The translations under genes were made by a program, and so were the position numbers. Positions 1 to 10,114 of a DNA stretch of 64,000 nucleotides are shown here, one piece after another. The notes under the pieces were generated by a model that saw only the letters and a list, made by a program, of their open reading frames with translations, had not been told where the DNA came from and did no database searches. How positions within the stretch are numbered: the first letter of the stretch is position 1; the number at the start of each line of letters is the position of its first letter. The stretch spans positions 1,034 through 65,033 of the forward strand of contig CALCZR010000058.1 of NCBI GenBank assembly GCA_937903325.1, written 5' to 3'. This DNA is from an uncultured Candidatus Saccharibacteria bacterium. GTDB lineage: Bacteria; Patescibacteriota; Saccharimonadia; Saccharimonadales; AWTP1-31.

Positions 1-1
1 A

Positions 2-1513
2 TACCGGAAATACCGGCCAAAATCTTTGGCTGAAGTTGTTGGGCAAGAACACATTACCAACACGCTTACTAATGCTATTGGTAGTGGTAAGATTAGCCAC
101 GCCTATCTCCTAACTGGTCCACGGGGAGTAGGGAAGACCAGTATCGCCCGTATCCTGGCACACGAACTCAACGGCCTGGAGTACGACGAGAAGCAAGCCC
201 ACATGGATATCATCGAGATTGACGCTGCTAGTAACCGACGTATCGACGAAATTCGTGATCTCCGAGATAAAGTACATATCCTGCCAGCCGGGTCTAAATA
301 CAAGGTCTATATTATCGATGAGGTTCACATGCTGACTCGTGAAGCCTTTAATGCACTGCTCAAAACGCTTGAGGAGCCGCCAGAGCATGTTATCTTTGTG
401 TTAGCTACTACCGAAGCCCACAAACTACCAGAGACTATTATTAGCCGTACGCAGCATTTCTCCTTTAAGCCCATCGAATTAGCTACTCTTGTATCTCACC
501 TACAGAGCATTATAGAGTCCGAGAAAATGAAGATTGACGACGACGCTGTAGAGCTTATCGCCGTGCACGGCGACGGGAGTTTCCGTGACAGTATTAGTCT
601 ACTTGACCAGGCCAGAGGCTTAAGTGACCACATAACTAAGACTGACGTGCAGCAGCTACTCGGCATTGCTCAAGCTGAAGCACTTGAACAGCTCATAACG
701 ATCCTCAACGGCGGTACAGCCGCCCAGTTGTTTGAATTACTGATCGACCTCCGCGGTCAGGGCCTACAAGCCGCATCGGTGGCCAGCCAACTCAGTGAAC
801 GCCTGCGAAGCCTTGTCATGACCGACCCCGCTTACCAGAACATGCAAACTACCAAGTTACTCCACGCATTACTTGGTGTGAGCGGCAGTTCACAACCAGA
901 CCGAACACTTGAACTGGTACTACTTGATTACATATTTGCCAACAATGCCGGTAATACAGTTCAGCCGACGGCCAGCACCGTGCGTAGCCAGCCTGTGGTC
1001 GCACACAAACCTGCTGTGTCCGTAGAGAAGAAAGTTGAGAAATCAGAGTCAACAAAATCGACTGAAGTAAAGCCCCAAACCACAGCACCCGCCAAGGACC
1101 CTGAAAGTAAAAAGCCCGCACTAAAGACCGAGACTAGTGACGCAAAGACTGCAGCCGAGACTGAAGATATTCCCGTAGAAATGGGCGACTTCGACATTGC
1201 CGCCTGGCCAGTTGTCTTGGCAGCCATTAAGAAGAAGTACAACACGCTTTATGGAATCTTGCGTATGGCGGTACCGACCGTAGAGGATGGAGTGCTGACA
1301 CTTGCCTGTAAGTTTGCCTTTCACCAGAAGCAAATCAATGAGAGTAAGAACCGTAAGATTATTAGTGACATTATTATTGAGCAGACCGGTCACCCTGTCG
1401 AGATAGTCTGTGTCGTGGCTGAAAAGAATGCTGAAGCGAGTCAAAATACCACAAAAGATGCCGTAACAAACGTAAGCGATATTTTTGGCAGCGCTGAAGT
1501 GCTAGAATCCTGA
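2..1513 (+). CDS. dnaX: DNA polymerase III subunit gamma/tau, 5' end truncated by the window edge
   Basis: The frame stays open upstream of the tracked TTG (2.. reads YRKYRPKSLAEVVGQEH). Walker A GPRGVGKTS, DEVHML box, SRTQ sensor motif. Ala/Lys/Thr-rich linker, then a C-terminal domain. Confidence 0.93.
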   Translation, partial: YRKYRPKSLAEVVGQEHITNTLTNAIGSGKISHAYLLTGPRGVGKTSIARILAHELNGLEYDEKQAHMDIIEIDAASNRRIDEIRDLRDKVHILPAGSKYKVYIIDEVHMLTREAFNALLKTLEEPPEHVIFVLATTEAHKLPETIISRTQHFSFKPIELATLVSHLQSIIESEKMKIDDDAVELIAVHGDGSFRDSISLLDQARGLSDHITKTDVQQLLGIAQAEALEQLITILNGGTAAQLFELLIDLRGQGLQAASVASQLSERLRSLVMTDPAYQNMQTTKLLHALLGVSGSSQPDRTLELVLLDYIFANNAGNTVQPTASTVRSQPVVAHKPAVSVEKKVEKSESTKSTEVKPQTTAPAKDPESKKPALKTETSDAKTAAETEDIPVEMGDFDIAAWPVVLAAIKKKYNTLYGILRMAVPTVEDGVLTLACKFAFHQKQINESKNRKIISDIIIEQTGHPVEIVCVVAEKNAEASQNTTKDAVTNVSDIFGSAEVLES

Positions 1514-1521
1514 TAAGACTT

Positions 1522-2889
1522 ATGGAAAACGGCAACAACAATGGGAAAGCAGTTATTCCTCCGCAGAATACGGAGGCTGAAGCGAGTTTGCTTGGCGCCA
1601 TCCTAATCGACAGCGATGCCATTGTAAAGATTGCAGATATTGTTCGCTCAGAAGACTTTTACGACCCCCGCCACCAGCGTATCTATGATGCTATCACCCA
1701 ACTCTACGAAAAGCACAGCCCGATAGATATCCTCACGCTGTCTGACCAATTAAAGAGCACCGGCTTTATTGATTTTGTTGGTGGAGCGTCATATCTTACT
1801 GAACTTACTAACTTTGTACCGACCGCCGCCCATGCCGAACAATATGCATCTATTATCGCTGAGAAGGCCATGCGCCGTCGGCTTATCAAGGTTTCGCAGG
1901 ACACTGTGGAGCTTGGCTATAACGAAGAGAACGGCCTCCAGGAATTAATCGAAGAGGCTGAATCAAAGTTGTTTGAAGTTAGTCAGCAGCACGTCAAACA
2001 AGATATTGCCAGTATTGAAACAATTCTTGGCGAGAGCTTTGACCGGCTTGACGAACTACATAAAGATAAGGGTACACTCCGTGGGATTCCAACTGGCTTT
2101 AAAGATCTGGATAATATTCTGGCTGGTCTGCAGCGTTCTGACTTGTTTATTCTTGCGGCGAGACCGTCAATGGGTAAGACTGCTTTTAGCCTCGGGCTGG
2201 CACATAGTATTGCTCTAAAGGCACAAGAACCAGTACTCATTTTTAGTCTCGAAATGAGCAAGGAACAGCTGGTCGACCGTATGCTGGCTACCGAATCCGG
2301 CGTCGATGCCTGGGCGTTGCGAACCGGTAACCTTAACGACGCCGACTTCGAGAAGATCGGTCATGCCATGGGCGCGCTATCTGAAGCTCAGATCTTTATC
2401 GACGACTCACCGGGTATTACCGTGAGCGACCTCCGGACTAAAGCGCGCCGTGAATCACATATCCGCCCATTGGGACTAATTATCGTGGACTACCTGCAGC
2501 TCATGAGTGGTGGCTCGCGCTTCGCCGGGCAGAGCAACCGTGTCCAGGAAATTAGTGAAATCTCACGTGGTCTTAAGGGTATTGCCCGTGAACTTAACGT
2601 GCCCCTCATTGCACTCAGTCAGCTCAGTCGCTCTGTCGAAAGCCGCACGCCACAGATTCCCCAGTTGCAGGACCTTCGTGAATCTGGTTCGATCGAGCAG
2701 GATGCTGACGTAGTAGCCTTCTTGTACCGTGAAGATTACTACAACCCCGATAGTGAACGAAAAAACATTATGGACGTCTTTATCCGAAAACACCGTAATG
2801 GACCAACTGGTGCCGTGGAACTTTACTTTGACCGCGAGAAGCAACGCTTCCGCAGTGTTGATACTAAGCACAGCGATCCATTCTCGTAG
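1522..2889 (+). CDS. dnaB: replicative DNA helicase DnaB
   Basis: N-terminal PPQNTEAEASLLGAIL motif, Walker A ARPSMGKTAF, Walker B IIVDYLQLM, SQLSR and EQDADVV motifs. Confidence 0.95.
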   Translation: MENGNNNGKAVIPPQNTEAEASLLGAILIDSDAIVKIADIVRSEDFYDPRHQRIYDAITQLYEKHSPIDILTLSDQLKSTGFIDFVGGASYLTELTNFVPTAAHAEQYASIIAEKAMRRRLIKVSQDTVELGYNEENGLQELIEEAESKLFEVSQQHVKQDIASIETILGESFDRLDELHKDKGTLRGIPTGFKDLDNILAGLQRSDLFILAARPSMGKTAFSLGLAHSIALKAQEPVLIFSLEMSKEQLVDRMLATESGVDAWALRTGNLNDADFEKIGHAMGALSEAQIFIDDSPGITVSDLRTKARRESHIRPLGLIIVDYLQLMSGGSRFAGQSNRVQEISEISRGLKGIARELNVPLIALSQLSRSVESRTPQIPQLQDLRESGSIEQDADVVAFLYREDYYNPDSERKNIMDVFIRKHRNGPTGAVELYFDREKQRFRSVDTKHSDPFS

Positions 2890-2891
2890 TC

Positions 2892-3389
2892 ATGATCTTT
2901 AGGGAATATGCTAATCATGGAGAGGATAGAAATCTTCAGGTTCAGTTAGATCTTCATGAAGTAGATGGAATTGCTCGAGTCGAGTTTACGTTTGCACCAA
3001 CGGCACTTGCCACTGTATTACAGCGAGAGAAGGCAGATCAGGTGCATGACCTGAATGAAGATGTACTTCGGGGTTGGTGTCTCGGCCCTGCAGAGGCAGA
3101 TGCAAGAACTGCCGAGCTAGATCAACGCTGGCCTGGATGTATCGAGATTATTCACTTCAGTGGTGCTACTGACCTCGGATCAATAGCTCTTGGTTATCCG
3201 GAGGCTCGTCTGCATGTGCCGCAAGATGCCGAAACCTCACGGTTTTATAATCCCATGATCTCACGTGTGGCCTTCGGGGTGCGAGTCCTTCCGTATGCTT
3301 GCTACGACACTGGTCCGGCGGTTGTAGAGCTTATCAGCACAACCCTTATTGAAACTATTCTGGAACCACCAGCATTAGTTGGGGCATAA
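2892..3389 (+). CDS. hypothetical protein, coupled to dnaB
   Basis: 165-codon ORF starting 2 nt after the dnaB stop. No recognisable motif. Confidence 0.5.
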   Translation: MIFREYANHGEDRNLQVQLDLHEVDGIARVEFTFAPTALATVLQREKADQVHDLNEDVLRGWCLGPAEADARTAELDQRWPGCIEIIHFSGATDLGSIALGYPEARLHVPQDAETSRFYNPMISRVAFGVRVLPYACYDTGPAVVELISTTLIETILEPPALVGA

Positions 3390-3424
3390 CCCCAACCGGC
3401 CATGCTATACTGGACGTAAGCATT

Positions 3425-4627
3425 ATGGAGATCAAAGAGATCAAGAATCCTCTTCAACGTATCAACCTGCACCTGGTGCGTTGGGTTTCTGAGTATATAG
3501 CCGCCTTGGCCGTATGCGCAGCTTTATTCTCATTTCGTTTGCATACCTTAGTCCCTGGCTTTAGTTTGGCAGAGAAGACAGCTATTGCTGCTGCCTCCAG
3601 CCTGAAAGTTATTGCTAACGATCCGTCGTATCTTCCGCACAAATTCTTACAGTACCTCGGTCTCAAGCTCGACCACAGTGGCTTCTTTGCCATGCGCTTG
3701 CCATCTGTCTTTGCTGGACTCGTTGCAGCAGGACTGTTCTTCTACTTACTTAACAAGTGGTTTAACTTACGTATTGCCGCCATTACGACATTCTTACTTG
3801 TTACCTCTAGTTGGTTCCTACATCTCGCACGGGCAGGAGTGCCTGAGGTTATGTACCTCAGCATCTTGGCACCGCTGGCATATGCCGTCTGGCTCCCTAA
3901 ATACAAGCGGCCACTCATTGCTCTTGGGCTAGGAGCCATTGTACTCATTAATACCTTATATGTACCTGGGCTCATCTGGTTTACACTTATCGGGCTGTTC
4001 TGGCAGCGTAAAACAGTTACCAAGCTATTTAGTGAACTGAGGATACCAGCTTTGTTTGTTCTATCTGGGTGCGTCATTCTGCTAGTACCGCTAGCACTGG
4101 CGTTTGTGCGATCTCCTGAGCTCATAAACACCTATCTCGGACTACCAGAACATGCCCTAACAGCCTTGAAACATGCTCCTCGTAATCTTCTAGATATCCC
4201 TATCCACTTAGTGTGGCGCGGTCCGGTGGACCCGACCTCTAATCTGGGCAATGTGCCGCTACTCGATTTCTTTACGGTCATCATGGCCGTTCTTGGAGCC
4301 TACAGCTATGCCACGTACTTTGGGCTTCGTCGTAGTCGGATGCTCCTTGGTAGTCTTGTAGTATGTTGTCTGCTGGTTAGCCTCCGTGGCGACGTATCGC
4401 TTGCTGTACTGTTGCCATTTGTGTACTTACTAGTGGCAGGTGGCCTCAACTTTATGATCGAACAGTGGTTTAAGGTCTTCCCCTACAACCCACTTGCTAA
4501 GAGCATGGCTACCGTACTCATTGGAGTTGCTGTCGTTGTAGTCACGTTCTTCCACCTAAACAGCTACTTTATCGCCTGGCCACAAGCCCCAGAGACCAAA
4601 GCCGTTTTTAACCAACAGCCCCGCTAG
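3425..4627 (+). CDS. polytopic membrane protein, GT-C (ArnT/PMT, family 39-like) glycosyltransferase candidate
   Basis: About 10 hydrophobic segments. Overall layout resembles the 4-amino-4-deoxy-L-arabinose / dolichyl-phosphate-mannose transferase family. No catalytic motif verified. Confidence 0.5.
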   Translation: MEIKEIKNPLQRINLHLVRWVSEYIAALAVCAALFSFRLHTLVPGFSLAEKTAIAAASSLKVIANDPSYLPHKFLQYLGLKLDHSGFFAMRLPSVFAGLVAAGLFFYLLNKWFNLRIAAITTFLLVTSSWFLHLARAGVPEVMYLSILAPLAYAVWLPKYKRPLIALGLGAIVLINTLYVPGLIWFTLIGLFWQRKTVTKLFSELRIPALFVLSGCVILLVPLALAFVRSPELINTYLGLPEHALTALKHAPRNLLDIPIHLVWRGPVDPTSNLGNVPLLDFFTVIMAVLGAYSYATYFGLRRSRMLLGSLVVCCLLVSLRGDVSLAVLLPFVYLLVAGGLNFMIEQWFKVFPYNPLAKSMATVLIGVAVVVVTFFHLNSYFIAWPQAPETKAVFNQQPR

Positions 4628-4678
4628 TATCTAACTTCTTAAGTTGGTATACTTAAGCAAGCAAAAGAGGAGACAGAT

Positions 4679-4972
4679 ATGAGTCGTTTTGACCAAGCTA
4701 AAATGCTATTACAAGTTAAGAAACTACAAAAAGAATTACAGAAACAAGTTATTACCGTTGAGCAAGGCGACGGCGCTGTACGCGTAGAGATCACAGGCGA
4801 ACAGAAGATCAAGAAAGTTCACATTGACCCAGAGCAAGTTGACCTGGATGACATTCGCGAACTAGAGCGTTGGATCGAAGACGCCGTTAAGGACGCTATC
4901 GCTCAAAGTCAGAAACTTGCCGCAGAGAAGATGCAGCCATTCATGGGAGCCCTTGGCGACCTCGGTCTGTAG
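4679..4972 (+). CDS. ybaB: YbaB/EbfC family nucleoid-associated protein
   Basis: 97 aa with KLQKELQK...VEITGEQKIKKVHIDPE typical of YbaB. GGAG RBS upstream. Conserved dnaX-ybaB-recR neighbourhood. Confidence 0.88.
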   Translation: MSRFDQAKMLLQVKKLQKELQKQVITVEQGDGAVRVEITGEQKIKKVHIDPEQVDLDDIRELERWIEDAVKDAIAQSQKLAAEKMQPFMGALGDLGL

Positions 4973-4978
4973 GCAAGC

Positions 4979-5584
4979 ATGCAAGTTCTGCCGCCTGCAC
5001 TAACCGACCTTATTGATGCCTTTGGTAGTTTGCCGGGTGTTGGTCCACGGACCGCAGAACGCTATGCCTATTTTGTACTACGCGGTGACCGAACCCTGAC
5101 CCACAAGCTCAGTCGTGCATTGGAGCAATTACACGGGTCTATAGACTACTGTAAAAAAACCTTTGCCCTCATTGAGAAAGGCAAAGAATATTCCGACCTA
5201 TATACCGACCCATCTCGAGACAAAACACTGGTCGCTGTTGTAGCTGAACCTTTTGACCTCGTAGCATTGGAAAAGACCAATGAGTTTAAGGGCACCTACC
5301 ATGTCCTCGGCGGGCTTATTTCCCCCATTGATGGCGTAGGCCCAGAGCAGCTGCATATTGCAGAGCTCATTAAGCGCGTCAAAGAAGATAATGTACGCGA
5401 GATTATCCTGGCTACCAACGCCGGAGTAGAAGGTGAATCTACCGCTTTATATATTCAGCAACAGCTGGAGGGTACTGACGTGACTATTACACGTTTAGCT
5501 CGAGGCTTGCCCGTGGGCGTAGACCTAGAATATGCTGACCAGATAACACTTAGTCGTGCCCTGGAAGGCCGACAAGCACTCTAA
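4979..5584 (+). CDS. recR: recombination protein RecR (zinc-finger cysteines missing)
   Basis: HhH LPGVGPRTAER, Toprim VVAEPFDL...EIILATNAGVEGESTA, C-terminal GLPVGVDLEYAD. There is only one Cys where the C4 finger normally sits. Confidence 0.9.
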   Translation: MQVLPPALTDLIDAFGSLPGVGPRTAERYAYFVLRGDRTLTHKLSRALEQLHGSIDYCKKTFALIEKGKEYSDLYTDPSRDKTLVAVVAEPFDLVALEKTNEFKGTYHVLGGLISPIDGVGPEQLHIAELIKRVKEDNVREIILATNAGVEGESTALYIQQQLEGTDVTITRLARGLPVGVDLEYADQITLSRALEGRQAL

Positions 5585-5799
5585 CCCCAGTGGTGAGTTG
5601 TAATAGCTGGGTCCCAGCCGGAGCCAGATGTTGCACCATCTATATTATGGGCTCGGCTACGAATCTGACCATCTTCAAGAGGGTCAGTGGCAAGGGCGCC
5701 AATAACAACATGCCCGATGGGCCGACCGATGTCTGCTAATTCATGAAGAGGCCGTGTTGGATCTTGATTTAGGCTAGCTATATCTATTGTTTCTGTCAT
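5581..5799 (-). CDS. hypothetical small protein (72 aa)
   Basis: ATG preceded by GGGAGG at about 8 nt. Convergent with recR, overlapping its stop by 4 nt. No family recognised. Confidence 0.45.
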   Translation of the reverse strand: MTETIDIASLNQDPTRPLHELADIGRPIGHVVIGALATDPLEDGQIRSRAHNIDGATSGSGWDPAITTHHWG

Positions 5800-5866
5800 T
5801 TTAGTGAACCTCCCACTACTTAAGTTTTAATGCTTAAATAATTGTTAAAATTATAGCACTAGCGTA

Positions 5867-6910
5867 TTGATTTGTCAATACTACGGTATACTGTTAGTAA
5901 TGAATTTACAGAGTGAAACATACCCTATTGCGACACAAATCCAAGATGTTATTGCCGATGCCAAGCACATCGTTATTATTCAGGCCGACAACCCCGATGC
6001 CGACAGCCTTGCTAGTGCTTTAGCCCTCGAGCAGATTCTGGGCGAAATGGGCAAGCAGGTAACGCTATATTGCGGCATAGACATCACTGACTATCTTCGC
6101 TACATACCAGGGTATGACCGAGTTGTTAAAGACCTACCAGGCAACTTTGATGCTGCCATTCTGGTAGACTGCTCGAGTATTACACTCCTGGAGCAACTCC
6201 AGAAGACAAATCAGTTGGGTGCACTTCGTACTCGACCGTTTGTGATTCTCGACCACCATGACGTAGAAAACGACGTTACTATTAACAATATTAGTCTCGT
6301 AGATAGCAAGGCTGTAGCTACCGGTGAAGTTATTTACCTGCTTGCGCAGCAGCTTGGTTGGAAGATAGACAAAAGTAGCGCCAGTCTGCTGGCAACTTCC
6401 ATTATGGCTGACTCTCTTGGTCTAACAGTAGAGTCAGTCTCGTCCCGGAGTATCCGCGTTCTTGCAGATCTTGTAGAGCAGGACGTGAGCCTGGCGGAGC
6501 TAGAAGCTAAGCGCCGATCGTACATGGCAAAGCCCCTGGATATTATTGAATACAAGGGAAGATTACTGCAGCGGATTGAATACTTCTGCAACAATCAGTT
6601 GGCCCTAGTGACTATTCCGTGGGATGAGATCCAACAGTACAGTCCGTTCTACAACCCCGCCGTGCTTGCCTTAGAAGAACTTCGACTGGCAGAAGGCATT
6701 AAACTGGCTGTCGTTTTAAAGCTGTATCCAGACGGCAAGATAACCGGTAAGCTTCGTTGTAACTACGGCGCCCAAGTTGCCGGCCCACTCGCTGAGCACT
6801 TTGGAGGAGGTGGACACCCCAGCGCCGCAGGCTTTAAGACCAAAGAGTGGCAATACGAACCTTTAAAGAAAGAACTCATTAGTAAGTCCTCTGAACTACT
6901 AAACAAATAG
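5867..6910 (+). CDS. DHH/DHHA1 family phosphoesterase (NrnA-like oligoribonuclease/pAp phosphatase)
   Basis: Motifs DNPDADSLAS, ILDHHD and GGGGHPSAAGF. The first ATG is at 5900; the tracked start at 5867 is TTG, so the start is uncertain. Confidence 0.85.
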   Translation: MICQYYGILLVMNLQSETYPIATQIQDVIADAKHIVIIQADNPDADSLASALALEQILGEMGKQVTLYCGIDITDYLRYIPGYDRVVKDLPGNFDAAILVDCSSITLLEQLQKTNQLGALRTRPFVILDHHDVENDVTINNISLVDSKAVATGEVIYLLAQQLGWKIDKSSASLLATSIMADSLGLTVESVSSRSIRVLADLVEQDVSLAELEAKRRSYMAKPLDIIEYKGRLLQRIEYFCNNQLALVTIPWDEIQQYSPFYNPAVLALEELRLAEGIKLAVVLKLYPDGKITGKLRCNYGAQVAGPLAEHFGGGGHPSAAGFKTKEWQYEPLKKELISKSSELLNK

Positions 6911-6912
6911 TT

Positions 6913-8334
6913 ATGAAACTCTATAATACACTCACCCGCACAACTGAAGACTTCACACCCCTACAAGGCAAAAAGGTAAAAATGTACGCCTGTGGCCTTA
7001 CGGTATATAGCCAACCACACATCGGTAACTGGGTCGCCTATATCTACTGGGATATGTTGGTGCGGACCCTCCGTGCCAGCGGCTATGAGGTGGATCACGT
7101 GCAGAACATTACCGACGTAGGACATCTCACTTCCGACGAAGATGCCGGTGAAGATAAGATGCTCAAAGGCGCACTGCGCGAGGGCCTGACAGCTTGGCAA
7201 GTTGCCGAGAAATATATTAAGATCGCTGACAATGAAGCCTACGAACAACTTGGACTGACTCGACCGACATACATGCCCCGAGCGACTGAATATATACCAC
7301 AGCAAATTGCCTTTGTGGAAGAACTCGAAAAGCGAGGCTATACCTATACTATCGCTGACGGCGTGTACTTCGACACCAGCAAGCTAGATAACTACGGCCA
7401 ATTGGCCCGACTCGACATAGACGGACTGCAGTTTGGTGCGCGTGTAGCCGACACGGGCAAAAAGAATCCTACTGACTTTGCTGTATGGAAATTTAGTAAT
7501 CCGGACGAGAAACGAGACATGGAATGGGAAAGCCCGTGGGGCATTGGTTTTCCGGGATGGCACCTCGAATGTTCCGTCATGGCCCGAGAACTGCTCGGCG
7601 ACCAAATAGATATCCATACCGGTGGTATTGACCACATACCGGTACACCACACCAACGAGATAGCCCAAACAGAGGCCGTAACCGGTAAGCCGTTCTCACA
7701 ATTTTGGGTACATGCTAACCACCTAAAGGTAAACGGCACCAAGATTAGTAAGTCACTTGGTAATGGCTATACACTACAAGATATTCTGGATAAAGGATAT
7801 GATCTTACAGCGTTTAGGTTACTTGTACTCAGCAAGCATTACCAAACAGAAGGTAACTTTACGTGGGAAAACCTAGAAGCCGCACAGAATCGCCTCAACG
7901 AACTGCGTGCCTGGGCAGACCTACGACACCAAATAACTACCGACAGTATGCCAACTGAACTCGACGAGCTATTCCGCGACACCAAAGCGTCTGTACTTGA
8001 AGCACTGCAAGACAACCTCAACACTCCTGTCGCACTTGCGAACTTAGGTAAGCTCGTTTCCTACATGCAGAACATCCCGATACCCGGAGTGGAAGGAAAG
8101 TATACTGACGGCAGCTTACAGTTCTTGGATGACCTGTTGGGCCTAGGACTAGCTAATCGCCCGGACATAACCAACGAACAGAAACAAGTACTGTCGCAAC
8201 GACAGGAAGCACGAGACAACAAAGATTGGACTCGGTCCGACAAACTTCGAGATGATCTAGCTAAGCAAGGCATTGTCGTACGCGACAGTGCCAACGGGCA
8301 AGTCTGGAATCGAATTAGTATAGAGAATACATAA
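6913..8334 (+). CDS. cysS: cysteine--tRNA ligase
   Basis: HIGN (HIGH) motif, KISKS (KMSKS) motif, GWHLECS zinc site, typical length. Confidence 0.95.
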   Translation: MKLYNTLTRTTEDFTPLQGKKVKMYACGLTVYSQPHIGNWVAYIYWDMLVRTLRASGYEVDHVQNITDVGHLTSDEDAGEDKMLKGALREGLTAWQVAEKYIKIADNEAYEQLGLTRPTYMPRATEYIPQQIAFVEELEKRGYTYTIADGVYFDTSKLDNYGQLARLDIDGLQFGARVADTGKKNPTDFAVWKFSNPDEKRDMEWESPWGIGFPGWHLECSVMARELLGDQIDIHTGGIDHIPVHHTNEIAQTEAVTGKPFSQFWVHANHLKVNGTKISKSLGNGYTLQDILDKGYDLTAFRLLVLSKHYQTEGNFTWENLEAAQNRLNELRAWADLRHQITTDSMPTELDELFRDTKASVLEALQDNLNTPVALANLGKLVSYMQNIPIPGVEGKYTDGSLQFLDDLLGLGLANRPDITNEQKQVLSQRQEARDNKDWTRSDKLRDDLAKQGIVVRDSANGQVWNRISIENT

Positions 8335-8401
8335 CGTATAAGCATCATGTCCAGCTTTGTAGTTGCTTTTTATAGATTTGATTGTATGATATAATTTACC
8401 T

Positions 8402-9031
8402 ATGATTAATACGTTGCGGCCTGGTATCGTTGATCGAATTAATAGCCTCGTAGCTCCTGAGGATGCTCTTAAGCTAGGCGCTGCTGCTCTGCGTGAACAC
8501 AAGAAGTTTATAGCAAGAGCAAGTTATTATGCTACCGGCGGGGTGGTCTACCGTCTGTCCTCCTCGGAGCTCGAACAAACCACTCTTGCCCCGGATAGGA
8601 GCCTGCTATTTGTTGGCAAGGATGATCAACGTATCCTAGACACAGCTACAGCCGCCTTCAGAAGCCATCTACCCAAGCCACTGGATCCTAGTACAGTCAT
8701 CACACCTGAAATTCTTGTTGGATTTGCAGCAGGAGGCGAGTGGCATACAGATGTATTACAAGAATATAGGGCGCTTGCTAACCTGTCGAGTGAAGCTCAG
8801 GCACTACACATAGCTGCACAGTGGACTAGTCAAGATGCTAACAGTCGACAAAATTGGAGTAGTGAAGAAGGACCTCCTGTCGTTGACCAACTGGGTGTGT
8901 TCTACTACACCGGTGATGCTGTAACGATCGATAATACTTGTGATCTGGATCAGCAACTACCTCACGCTGGCGTATTGAAGCCCGGTAAAGTCCTACTACG
9001 TCTTGACGCACACATGCCAGATAATTACTAG
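8402..9031 (+). CDS. hypothetical protein
   Basis: 209-codon ORF with no competing frame and no recognisable motif. Confidence 0.5.
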   Translation: MINTLRPGIVDRINSLVAPEDALKLGAAALREHKKFIARASYYATGGVVYRLSSSELEQTTLAPDRSLLFVGKDDQRILDTATAAFRSHLPKPLDPSTVITPEILVGFAAGGEWHTDVLQEYRALANLSSEAQALHIAAQWTSQDANSRQNWSSEEGPPVVDQLGVFYYTGDAVTIDNTCDLDQQLPHAGVLKPGKVLLRLDAHMPDNY

Positions 9032-9037
9032 AAATAG

Positions 9038-10114
9038 CTACTCAGTCTTTTGGTTCTGACTGCGGTGTTCGTAGTAGTCTTTGAGGAGAATACGTAAACA
9101 TGCTGCGAGTGGAATGGCTACAAAACCGCCGAGCAGGCCTCCAAGCCCAATACCACAGAGTGCTGCAATGAAGACCAGCAGTGGAGATAGTTCGTTCTTA
9201 CGTGATTGAATGTAGGGCTGTATGGTAACGTTTTCTATCTGCTGGTAAACCAGGAAGAAGATGGCCATGGTAATAGCTAGTGGGATTGAACTAAGTGCAC
9301 AGACTAGTACGATAATACCGGCACCAATAGTGTTTCCGATCATAGGGACTAGTCCGGCCAGGGCCACGATACCAGCAAAACCAAGGGCGTTGATAGACAC
9401 GTTAAAGACATTACTTGCAATAACCATAGCCACAAATGCGAAGGTCGCAGCAATAGAGGCAATGAGTAGTTGGCCATTTACGTAACCGGTGATTACTCGG
9501 TACATTTGAAATGCGAGGTCTTTACGGTGGGCCCGTTTCTTAGCGTTCTGTAGCGATAAGATTCGATCGAACCACATTGGCCCCTCAACCAGCATCATAA
9601 AGGTCATGAACAGTACAGCAATAAGTGAAACGAGCGCGTTACCGATACGACCAGCAGTAGAGAGTACCGGCTGAGGTAGATTTTTGACACGACCTCTCAT
9701 ATCGTTAGCAATACCGTCAACGCTATCTTCAAGATTATACTTCTTGATCAGCTTGCCAATGCTTGAGTTATCATCCTGTACGTTCTGAATAGTATTTGGT
9801 AGGTCTGATATAAAGTCAGAGGTCTGTCGAACTAAAGGCGGTACCACTGCCGCCATAAAGGCAACAAGAATAGTTATAACGCTTAAATAGGCAATACCTG
9901 TTGCTGCAGCACGGCTTTTTAGGCGGAGCTTCCGTGTAATCCAACTTACTGCCGGATTTAAGGCAAGCGCCAAGAAGAATGACGCAAAGATTAACGTCAG
10001 AGCATGACTAATATTGATAAGGAATCGAATACCCAAGAAGGTAGCCACTACAATGACAATTACTCTAATAATGGTGCGGTTGGAAACAGTGACTTCTACT
10101 TTATTCTTGTTCAT
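9038..10114 (-). CDS. AI-2E family transporter (PerM/UPF0118-like permease)
   Basis: About 8 TM segments with a Gly-rich C-terminal TM (GIGLGGLLGGFVAIPLAA). The start is moved to the internal ATG (MNKNKVEV), which overlaps the upstream GT4 stop by 14 nt. Confidence 0.65.
   Translation of the reverse strand: MNKNKVEVTVSNRTIIRVIVIVVATFLGIRFLINISHALTLIFASFFLALALNPAVSWITRKLRLKSRAAATGIAYLSVITILVAFMAAVVPPLVRQTSDFISDLPNTIQNVQDDNSSIGKLIKKYNLEDSVDGIANDMRGRVKNLPQPVLSTAGRIGNALVSLIAVLFMTFMMLVEGPMWFDRILSLQNAKKRAHRKDLAFQMYRVITGYVNGQLLIASIAATFAFVAMVIASNVFNVSINALGFAGIVALAGLVPMIGNTIGAGIIVLVCALSSIPLAITMAIFFLVYQQIENVTIQPYIQSRKNELSPLLVFIAALCGIGLGGLLGGFVAIPLAACLRILLKDYYEHRSQNQKTE

Noticed and set aside
1106-1117. 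Possible dnaX -1 programmed frameshift site (AGT AAA AAG) that would make a short gamma subunit.
   Set aside because: The heptamer is T AAA AAG, not the canonical A AAA AAG. I saw no downstream stem-loop or upstream SD-like stimulator. The sequence lies in a Lys-rich linker where AAA AAG is expected anyway.
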